Source: Octopus bimaculoides (taxonomy: Eukaryota). From it: a stretch of DNA of 64,000 nucleotides. Where the stretch lies: the NCBI RefSeq assembly GCF_001194135.2, contig NC_068986.1, positions 70,183,467 through 70,247,466 on the forward strand, in the 5' to 3' direction. Within the stretch, counting starts at the first letter, position 1; every line of letters begins with the position of its first letter. The translations under genes were made by a program, and so were the position numbers. The notes beneath the pieces were generated by a model. The model had not been told where the DNA came from and did no database searches. It saw nothing but the letters and a program-made list of their open reading frames with translations. Positions 24,496-33,819 of this stretch are shown here, piece by piece.

Positions 24496-24992
24496 NNNNN
24501 NNNNNNNNNNNNNNNNNNNNNNNNNNNNNNNNNNNNNNNNNNNNNNNNNNNNNNNNNNNNNNNNNNNNNNNNNNNNNNNNNNNNNNNNNNNNNNNNNNNN
24601 NNNNNNNNNNNNNNNNNNNNNNNNNNNNNNNNNNNNNNNNNNNNNNNNNNNNNNNNNNNNNNNNNNNNNNNNNNNNNNNNNNNNNNNNNNNNNNNNNNNN
24701 NNNNNNNNNNNNNNNNNNNNNNNNNNNNNNNNNNNNNNNNNNNNNNNNNNNNNNNNNNNNNNNNNNNNNNNNNNNNNNNNNNNNNNNNNNNNNNNNNNNN
24801 NNNNNNNNNNNNNNNNNNNNNNNNNNNNNNNNNNNNNNNNNNNNNNNNNNNNNNNNNNNNNNNNNNNNNNNNNNNNNNNNNNNNNNNNNNNNNNNNNNNN
24901 NNNNNNNNNNNNNNNNNNNNNNNNNNNNNNNNNNNNNNNNNNNNNNNNNNNNNNNNNNNNNNNNNNNNNNNNNNNNNNNNNNNNNNNNNNNN

Positions 24993-25172
24993 AAAGTGAG
25001 AGAAAGTTGTAGTGGAAGAGTACAGCAGGGTTCGCCACCATCCCCTGCTGGAGCCTCGTGGAGCTTTAGGTGTTTTCGCTCAATAAACACTCACAACGCC
25101 CGGTCTGGGAATCGAAACCGCGATCCTATGACCACGAGTCTGCTGCCCTAACCACTGGGCTATTGTGCCTCC
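24993..25172 (-). mobile_element. SINE family C 5' half (rest in gap)
   Basis: Reverse complement of the family C head. tacgggcat direct repeat at 24361-24369 and 25175-25183. Confidence 0.9.
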
Positions 25173-25989
25173 GTTACGGGCATAATGAAATGCAAAAACG
25201 TCACCAATTCTTCAATGAATCGTCATTAGATTCGGAAACCTAGTGATAATTATAGGTGTTTTTTGCTGAAACTCTTAAACAAAGAAAAACATTAACAAGT
25301 CAACATGTATTTCGAACCCATGTAAGTAATCTTGAAACATTCTACTATAAACTTGAAGCACTTCATTCAAAATTAAGACATGAAGAAGACTATATGAGTA
25401 AATAATATCATATTCCCATATGTATTGAAAAATATACGGCCATATTAAAGTATAGATTTCTTTTCCTACAAGAGTGGAGGGACGGTAAACACTTCGATCA
25501 AAATGGAATGCGCTAGGAATCGCTTCAAAATTACTACTGCAACAATTGCTCAGTTAAAGCTCAAGATATCATCAGAGATCGATTGACAAGCAGGAACGAC
25601 GCGAAACAACTCAGAAAAGCCGTAGGACAGACTGGTTGAATATGATGTCTATATTCTGTAGATAAGATTTTAGAAATTTAAAATGGAAATTATACTGGCC
25701 ATATCAGTTAAGTTTTGGTTGGTGCTTGATGTAAATAGCTATTTACAAATAAGCTTGATGTAAATAGCTATTTACTATAAGCTCTCTTTGTAAGCCGAAC
25801 AGTAATGTGTACTTGCCTTCTGAGAAACACCATGCTAAGTCAATCATTATTCTTTTCTAAATACGAAGCGAATTTGTTTTTACATGTGTTTACAGTTTCA
25901 AAGCTAAGTTTATAAAATATAATTGTGCATTAAATCTTATCACAGAGCAACAACAACAACACTAATAACTATTATTATTACCATTATTA

Positions 25990-26114
25990 TTATTTCAAAT
26001 TTTTGCCACAAAGATGAAAGGCAAAGTCGAATTTGAACTCAGAATGTAGCGGCGGACGAAATACTGCTAGGCATTTCGTCCGGCGTGCTAACGTTTCTGC
26101 CACCTCGCCGCCTT
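25990..26114 (-). mobile_element. SINE family B, internally deleted
   Basis: Head aaggcggcgaggtggcagaaacgttagcacgccgg...gagttcaaattcgactttgcctttcatc. Confidence 0.8.
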
Positions 26115-26133
26115 TAATAATAATAATAATTAA

Positions 26134-26587
26134 TTCGTTTTATTGGCCACAAGGGCTAATATCAATTAAAAACATATAAGGACAAAGACAGGACGAAGGT
26201 TACAAAAGGTTTTGTCCGAAAAGGTAGGAAAGTTCGTCTAAATAGGGAAGAAAACGGAGAAAGATATAACAAATAAATAGATAAATAAATAGCTAAATAA
26301 ACAAATAGAACTCCCAAAGGGGGGGGGGCGCTTCGAAAAAGGAAAAGTTACACGTGGAAAAACCCATAAAACCACGGGAGCCTGGTCAGAAAAAATAAGA
26401 AAGGGGTATAGAGCCCTTTCTCCTTTTACATTACCTTTTTTTTTTCTTTTTTTTTCCATTTTTTTTTTTCTATAGGTGTATTCTCAGAATTGGTCCGTTT
26501 ATACTGGCCATTCTTCCAACAGTCACCCATCTTTCAACGAATTTGCTATGAGACAGCACTTCCCTCTCTACTCTCATCTTCCTTTTC

Positions 26588-26590
<3 letters not shown>
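26134..26590 (-). mobile_element. Tx1/L1-clade LINE, short 5'-truncated copy (ORF2 end + 3'UTR)
   Basis: KRKMRVEREVLSHSKFVERW...LRIHL* then a 3'UTR ending cccttgtggccaataaaacgaa + (TTA)n. Confidence 0.75.
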
Positions 26591-26624
<34 letters not shown>

Positions 26625-26627
<3 letters not shown>

Positions 26628-29330
26628 CAAAAATCGTTTCTTTACTGGCCACAAGGGCCGAACACAAAACAAATAGGGACAATACAAAACTGGGAACACC
26701 TTTCAACAAATTTATTGGGTGTGTGGGGTATAGAACTTCCCTCTCTACTCTCACTTTCCTTTTCAAGTCGAACTTGAAAAAGTCGAAGAGGTAAGTATCT
26801 GTATTCAGTCCTTTCAATATCGTCCACCACAATACCTACTTCGTCATAGCCACCAGACAGAGGAAAACTACCTTTCCTTCCCGACCAAAGGAAAGAGGTG
26901 GGCGATCTTCATGATGGACTCGGCTGATAACCGAATCCGTCCTACACGTGATAACAGCTGTTCGACAAAGTTCCACAAGTCAGTAATGCACGGATACTGG
27001 ACAAGTGCGTGCAGGACGGATTCGTCGCCCTGCACACACCTCGGACAGGTCTGTCTGACAGCACTTCTATGTCTGCAGAGCTTGTCTCGAACCGGCAGAG
27101 CTCCCCGGTAGCACTGCCAGGCCAGGGATTTCTAAAGTTATCCATAGGCTCCGGCCCGAAAGTCCTCCGGAAATGACCAGTTAATTGATCCCTCCCGACG
27201 CCCAGAGTTTTCCCGAGGACATCGCTGCTCTTGCCCACCACTAATCCCGTACAGAACTCCACAGTAGAACTTCCACCGACCGCGTTACCCGACCTGCAGA
27301 TAGCTGTGAGCACTTGCCGACACTCCAGGTGCCAAGCACCCTTTCTTGGTTTATGTTTGATGCAGGACTGTAGCTCTGTCATTGAGACGAGCTGCGGAAA
27401 ATGCTGCTTGACAAACAGCAACCACACCTGTTCACCGTTAAGAAAATGCTGGAGACGCTGCAGCTTCAGCGCGTGTCTGCGCATCATTAGCTACGGCATA
27501 CCCAGTTCTCCACTGAGCGGCTGTTGACAGCAGATGGACCGTCTGACGAGTGGAACACGACCCCTCCACAGAAAGCGGGAGAGCAAGCGCTGCAGTTTGG
27601 TCAGCCATGAAGCAGGGCAATGGACGGCTGTCAGGCGGTAGTAAGTTAGGGAAGTGATGTACGCGTTCACCACCTCCACCCGACCTTTCAGGGACAACTT
27701 CGTCTCTGTCCATTTCTGGGTGAGATTGGCTACCTTGCTCGTCACCTCCCCCCAGTTTTTGTCTACTTAGACGTCCGAACCAAACCAGACCCCGAGCAAT
27801 TTAACTGGTCCTTCTGTCCAGTGCCCTACCACGCTGTCGGTTGGCATGGATCCGCCTCTCCAGATGACGAGTTGCAGGTCCACCGACTTGTCCTGGTTAA
27901 TTTTTGCTCCTGTGACCGCTTTGTACTCTCTTAAAGTAAAACCGATCACCTCGATTTCCGAGCTTTCCGACACTATTACGGTGACGTCGTCCTCATAAAC
28001 CGACACTAAAGTTCTGCCTCCTAGATCACGCGAGATGTCCCTCGAAATATCCAACTTCCTCAGTAATGACTCGAGAACCAGCACGTACAGAAAGGGAGAG
28101 AGTGTGCATTCTTTACGGACCGAGTGAGAGATGCTAAACGATTCTGAAAGATGGCCGTTTACTTTGACCACCGAACAGATGCCGTTATACATTGCAGGGA
28201 TCCAGCCTCTGAAAACAGGACCGAAGCCGGCCGCTGCGAGGACAACCTCCATGTATTGATGGTCGACCCTGTCAAAAACTGTTGATTGATATAAATTGAT
28301 CAAAGGGAGAGATAGTTAGGAGAGATAGAGGGAGAGATAGTTAGGAAGGTAGATGAAGCGCTTAGGAACAGTATTGCGACTGATGTGAAGGCGGCGAGAT
28401 TGGCTCTTGATCAATTCTTCAATGTCAAGCACGAATGTTGCATTGTCAAAGCTAGGGCGCGTACTCTTAGACATAAGTCGATGGGCCCGGGTGGCAGAAT
28501 TGTAACGTGGAAACAAATACTCACAGCAGTGGGTATTCTCCCGTTCTGCTGCCAGTCGTGATAGACATCCACCAAGAGATCACCGAACAAGTCTGGCATA
28601 TGAAGATAAAGCTCGAAAGATAGACCATCCAACCCCGGAAACTTCTCTCTTGTACAGGCCTTCATGGCATCCCGTGTGTCTCCGGCTGTTATCGGCATTT
28701 CGCAGAGCTCCGCATCCTTGGCCGAAAAGTGCAGTATGCCACCGAGGTAGGAGGTGAAATCCACTTCCGTCCCCGACACACCGCGCACCCCGAACAGTTC
28801 GGTGAAGTGCTGCTGAAATTCTGTACACATCTACTTGGGCTCGTGTAGCATACGTCCGTCACAGCGCAACAAAGACCGAATTGTGGCTTTGTTTCCACGT
28901 TACAATTCTGCCACCCGGGCCCATCGACTTATGTCTAAGAGTACGCGCCCTAGCTTTGACAATGCAACATTCGTGCTTGACATTGAAGAATTGATCAAGA
29001 GCCAATCTCGCCGCCTTCACATCAGTCGCAATACTGCTCCTAAGCGCTTCATCTACCTTCCTAACTATCTCTCCCTCTATCCTAGATTCCTCTAAGGCTA
29101 GTTTCTTACAAAATCCTACTGCCTCTACTCTAATAGCCCTTTTCAGGGATATCCACCAACGGTTGACGATTGCGCCTGCCGACTTCTGATGGACTAGCTT
29201 GCTAACCCGGTACCTGAAAGCTTGACGAGCTGGGAAAGACGCGTTCGGCTTCCAATACCCGGGGCCCTGCCTATGGATCCTATCCACAAATTTGTGGTCT
29301 GTGTAGCCGGCTACTTTGAACTGTGGACAA
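26625..29330 (-). mobile_element. Tx1/L1-clade non-LTR retrotransposon ORF2, 5'-truncated, frameshifted and internally rearranged
   Basis: GPGYWKPNAS (post-endonuclease), KFPGLDGLSFELY, FDRVDH..., SVRKECTLSPFLYVL.LE.LLRK, YEDDVTV, LSLKGRVEVVN, FLWRG..PLVRR, KRKVRVERE. Terminus cccttgtggccagtaaagaaacga. Confidence 0.93.
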
Positions 29331-29334
29331 GATA

Positions 29335-29420
29335 CCTGCCCAAGGTGCCACGCAGTGGGACTGAACCCGGAACCATGTGATTGGGAAGCAAGATTCTTAC
29401 CACACAGCTACGCCTGTGCC
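29335..29420 (-). mobile_element. SINE family A head fragment
   Basis: tgcccaaggtgccacgcagtgggactgaacccggaaccatgtg...cttaccacacagc. Confidence 0.85.
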
Positions 29421-29482
29421 CATACATGACTTGAATCAAAAAGAAATATTTCGACTGATCACTATAACCCATCTTTAAGCTA

Positions 29483-29695
29483 GTGAGCAGGCAGAATCGT
29501 TAGCATGTCGAGGAAAATGCTTAGGAGCATTTCGTTCATCTTTACGCTCTGAGTTCAAATTCCGCCGAAGTCGACTTTGTCTTTCATCCTTTCAGGGTCG
29601 ACAAATAAACACCAGTTGCGGCACGGGTGTCGATTTAATCGACTTGGTCCCTCTCATGAAATTGCTGACCTTGTGCCAAAATTTGAAACCAATAT
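29483..29695 (+). mobile_element. SINE family B
   Basis: gcagaatcgttagca...gagttcaaattccgccgaagtcgacttt...ttgtgccaaaatttgaaacc. Confidence 0.88.
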
Positions 29696-29914
29696 AACTC
29701 ATCTTCAACTAAGAATCGTCAGTGGTTGTATCTTCTTTCCGATTCTATCTGTTAATACTAGAATACAATATTTGGAAAAACAAGAAAAAACTCTCCACCA
29801 AAAAATTCTTGATGTGTCCTCTCAAAAATTTCCTACCAAAAATATTAGGGTTTTTTTTGTTTTTTTTTTTTGCTTTGCGGGTGGTTGCTAAAATTACAAC
29901 TAAATTTAGATTAG

Positions 29915-30338
29915 GTGGAGGCATGGTTGTGTGGCTAAGAAGTTCGCTTTGCAACCACTTGGTTTCAGGTTCTGTCTCATTGCGTGGAATGTTGGGTAAA
30001 TGTCCTCTGCTATAGCCCAGATCGACCAATGCCTCATGAATGAATTTTTTAGGCAGAAATTGTGGAAGCCTGTCGCGTATGTGTATATACATGTGTGTGT
30101 GTACATGTGTTTGTGTTCTCCATTACCACCACCACAAACAACAACCATCGTTTGACAACCAGTGATGATTTGTTTAGATCCTGTAACTTAGCGGTTTAGC
30201 AACAAAAACCGCTAGAATAAGTACCAGACTTTTAAAAAATAAGCACTGGGATGGAATTGTTCGACTAAACTCTTCAAGGAGGTATTCCTACATTGCTGCA
30301 GTCCAGTGACCGAAATAAATGAAAGATAAAAGAATAAA
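29915..30338 (+). mobile_element. SINE family A, full length
   Basis: Head ggaggcatggttgtgtggctaag, central (TG)n and tail gcagtccagtgaccgaaataaatgaaagataaaaga. Confidence 0.88.
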
Positions 30339-30810
30339 ATTAGCATACGGTTTTTTCTTTTTTCTCCGACAGATCGAGAAATATCCTTATCCGAAATTTG
30401 TTTTCCATTCAATTTGAAGGATCTCTAGTGACTATTGTCACATATTTCGTTTATAAAAATTAGAAAACACAGTAACTTAAACAGAATTGAAAACTTAATT
30501 ATTCTATCCTGAAAGAATTTCCCTTTGCGTACACCTTTAATCAGTTTAATTAAATATAAATTTTAGTTTGAAAGTCTTTACTATCAATGTGGTACTCACC
30601 ATAGCAATGCTTAAAAAAATTAACTGTATATCTCGTGAAAAATTATTGGTGAGACCATCAACGAAAACATTCGTTATTAATTGACTGTCAGAATGGTTTG
30701 ATCCAAAAATAATAATGCTTAGAATGTTCTTTGTTGTGACATATTAGACAACCTCGTTTTAAAAATCAAATTCAAACAAATACACACACTCATTTGTTTG
30801 TGTGTACACA

Positions 30811-30845
30811 TATATAAAGCATAAATGCCGTTTAACGGATCATTT
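30811..30845 (+). promoter_or_regulatory. Core promoter of the STARD5-like gene: TATA box plus initiator
   Basis: TATATAAAG at 30811-30819 and TCATTT (Inr consensus TCAKTY) at 30840-30845. The putative +1 A (30842) is 31 nt from the first T of the TATA box, the canonical spacing. Confidence 0.6.
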
Positions 30846-30883
30846 GCAAAGTTTGAACGTGAACGAGTATAGGTTTTGTTGAG

Positions 30884-31129
30884 GTAAGTTTCGCAAGTGG
30901 GCTTTTCTTTTTCTGTATATGAGTAGAAAGAGTTTTTATTCTAAAATAATTCTCTGTATGCTGTAATTTTTTTCTCTGACCGGTTATGATTTAAACTTAT
31001 TACAATAACACTTTTTTTATTGCTTTATTGCAATAAAATCCGTTTTTAATGAATACTATATTCTTCTCAGAAACAAAGAAGCTATAATGATAATTTTCAT
31101 GAAATAATATAACGGTATATTATTTTCAG
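30884..31129 (+). other. Predicted 246-bp 5'UTR intron of the STARD5-like gene (non-coding exon 1 about 30842-30883)
   Basis: Strong donor GAG|GTAAGT at 30884 and acceptor TATTTTCAG| at 31129, 9 nt before the ATG. Confidence 0.65.
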
Positions 31130-31138
31130 CTCTTCACC

Positions 31139-31777
31139 ATGTCAAAGGAAGATTACGAAAACCTCGCCAAGAAATTACTTTCTACAGTAGAAGATTATAT
31201 GGAAGATGGAAATGGATGGAAAGTTATTGTGGATAAGCCAAATGTTATTGTATCTTCTCGTAAATCAACAGAATTTAATGGTAATTTATACAAAGCTGAG
31301 GGAATAATTGAAGCATCCCCTGATACTGTATTTCAATATTTAGACCCGTCACCTGATTCTCTCCGCCTTCAATGGGATAAAAGAATGGCTGGTATCGAGT
31401 GTCTTGAAGTATTGAGTCCTAATTTGAAAATAGCACGAATGTACACTGGGGCTGAAGTAATAAATATCATATCCCCAAGAGATTTCGTGGATCTTATATT
31501 CAATGTGGAAAACGATAAATTCATAGCTACCTGTGCAGTGAGTATTGAGTATTCCAAATGTCCACCAATAGCAGACTTTGTTCGGGGTTTCGATCACCCA
31601 TGTGCTTTGGTGTGCATTAAAGTTCCTGGAGATGCAAACAAAACTAATTTGCTAAGCTTATTACAACCAGACCTTCGAGGTAGGTTACCAACCGAAATTG
31701 TTGATTCGGCAATGCCTAATTCCCTTGTAGGGTTTTACGATGGTCTTGGAAATACAATACCCAAAAAGGCTCCTTAA
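31139..31777 (+). CDS. STARD5: StAR-related lipid transfer protein 5-like (START domain, STARD4/5/6 subfamily), 212 aa, single coding exon
   Basis: Intact ORF with Kozak-like caccATG. Motifs GWK, STEFNGNLYKAEG, LRLQWDK, ISPRDFVDL, CPP..FVRGFDHPC, KTNL..DLRG.LP..VDS.MP are collinear with STARD5 as I recall it (GWK, SVEFPGNLYRGEG, LRVKWDE, ISPRDFVDL, CPP..FVRGFNHPC, KTNL..DLSGYLP..VDSFFP). Confidence 0.93.
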   Translation: MSKEDYENLAKKLLSTVEDYMEDGNGWKVIVDKPNVIVSSRKSTEFNGNLYKAEGIIEASPDTVFQYLDPSPDSLRLQWDKRMAGIECLEVLSPNLKIARMYTGAEVINIISPRDFVDLIFNVENDKFIATCAVSIEYSKCPPIADFVRGFDHPCALVCIKVPGDANKTNLLSLLQPDLRGRLPTEIVDSAMPNSLVGFYDGLGNTIPKKAP

Positions 31778-33436
31778 GTTTTACCAACTTTATTGATAAA
31801 TGATATATGAATGATGTTTGTCCTAATAACTTTCCTAAACCAAAAGTTTGTATTCAATGAAGACCTGTCGAAATCCTATTAAATTTGAAGTTCAGTAACC
31901 GCATGTTGTTTTGCCTTGTTCACTTTCTAAGTATATATTGTATTCTTAATTGTATGTTTATGCTCATTGCACTTTCATAATTCTAATACATTACCGTGCA
32001 ACATTCTGTAGTTTTTTATCTTAGTCTACGTATTTCGTTTTTTTTATAGATTTTATCAGCATATAACTGTTTGGTCCGGTTATGTTAAGATAATCTAGAG
32101 TGCTAGTTTAAATTGACTCATTTGAATTACTCCAAATCGAAAATTATTTTCACCGTAAGTATATGATGCGGAGATATTTTATTTAGCTTTTGTACATGGA
32201 AGATTTGGCTTGTAAATAACCTAAAAAGGGAACATTACTAGATTCCAGCTAAATAGCTTTTTTTTTTAGTTTTAAATAGGGAATTTAAATTACCAATATT
32301 GTTGATGGGACTCTCCTGGAAATAAAAAAATCAGTTCAAAATATTTCATTTCTTTAAAACTATTCTAAAGTGAAAACTTTTTTTAAAAGTGAAGTTTAAT
32401 CTTTGAGCGAGTTATAAACAAAGGTGAGATTGATACTGTTATATTCCTCTTGAATAACTGAAAGCTGACGAACGTAGAAAAGGAATTTCAGAGATATGCG
32501 CTTTTGAGGAGCCTGCGTGTTGTAGAGATATCGCTAACTCTTCCTATTAAAATTTTTTAATCATTGCAATTGTAGAAATAATTACTCCTCATTTTACTTC
32601 GTTTTAAACTTATTTAAATGTTTCGCTAAGCTGTGTCTGCGCAACGTATTTTAGTCTGAAAACGAAAGAAAATAGAATTTATCATAATTAATTCAAAGAC
32701 CATTATAACTACTTCGGGTTGCTGACAATGAGGTTGTAGGCATTTACCTTTTAAACATAGGTCTGCTTGCAGAGAAAGTGATCTGGAAAAGTTAACGGTT
32801 AAAATTGAAAATTTTTGCGTGGCGTGAGGTGATACAATAGGACTAGAGGGTACATTGGGAGACAGTACAGCTGGTTATAAAACGAGACGAGACGAAGTGT
32901 ATTGAGACTATTTGCCAAATAAGCAAATTGTTTTGGATATGAACTTAAATGAAAATATTTTCATTTATGGTAGTTGCCCCGTCCTAGATGTGAACAGTAC
33001 AATGTCTTAGTTAGAATCTCAGGCTAAAGTAACGTTAAATAATACAAATCTATGGAATAATTTAGGAAATTCTGTAAAGTTAGATAAAAAAAATTTATAA
33101 CGTTTGTTGAAAGATAGGTTTTGATGTTCCTATACGACTTAAAGGTCATTATTCATGGAACTATTTCAGTCTTGAACCGAGCGACGGATGGCTTCCAAAG
33201 CTTCTACCAGACGTCTTAGCTGTACGAGGATTGCAAAGAATGTCAACTTAGATTGCGGAGGTATAACCAAACGATGGTCAATTACAGGACAGATAGAATG
33301 CAAGGCGTTGTGTGACGGTATGGGCTAATGATACTTTCGGTCTACGAAATGACTAGATTGAATCTAATGGGCAGACAACGTGAAAACATTTTCGTGCCAG
33401 AACAGATCGAAAGCTTTGTCAAATCACAAATAATTT

Positions 33437-33819
33437 ACATTGTTTACATTTGACGGATATTTGTCCTCCTCTTGTTTGTTGTCAACACAACATTTCGGCT
33501 GATATACCCTCCAGCCTTCTTGGGGAAATTTCGAACCTGGGTTCTCATTCCTAAGGTATTTTTCGACGTTATTGTTCAGGTCACTGCTTGGAATCGAACT
33601 CGGAATCTTGGTTAGTAGCCCGCGCTCTTAACCGCTACGCCATATATCGAAAAATACCCTAGGAATGAGAACCCAGGTTCGAAATTTCCCCAAGACACCT
33701 GAAGAATGCTGGAGGGTATATCAGCCGAAACGTTTTGTTAACAACAAACAAGATGAGGACAAATGTCCATCGAATGTAAATAATGTACATAATTCCTCAT
33801 CTCTTAAATATAGAATTGT
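33437..33819. mobile_element. Fold-back retroelement: inverted ~135-bp arms with hammerhead motif around a tRNA-like head, 14-bp TSD
   Basis: Left arm 33437-33566 is the reverse complement of right arm 33646-33786. The spacer carries A/B-box-like ggcgtagcggttaag...gagttcgattcc on the minus strand. atcacaaataattt at 33423-33436 and 33820-33833. Confidence 0.88.
33694..33739 (+). ncRNA. Minimal type I hammerhead ribozyme motif (probably inactivated)
   Basis: gacac-CTGAAGA-A-tGCTG gagggtatat CAGCC-GAAA-CGTT-ttgtt, with palindromic AACGTT stem III. The left-arm copy supplies the ancestral GGCTG and GTGTT. Confidence 0.6.

Noticed and set aside
25724-25782. Short tandem duplications (29 bp here, 19 bp at about 7481-7518, 13 bp at about 56749-56780)
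   Set aside because: Common slippage or repair duplications with no further structure.
30590-30610. ATG|GTGAGT on the minus strand upstream of the STARD5-like promoter (possible divergent first exon)
   Set aside because: No downstream minus-strand exon could be found to support a divergent gene.
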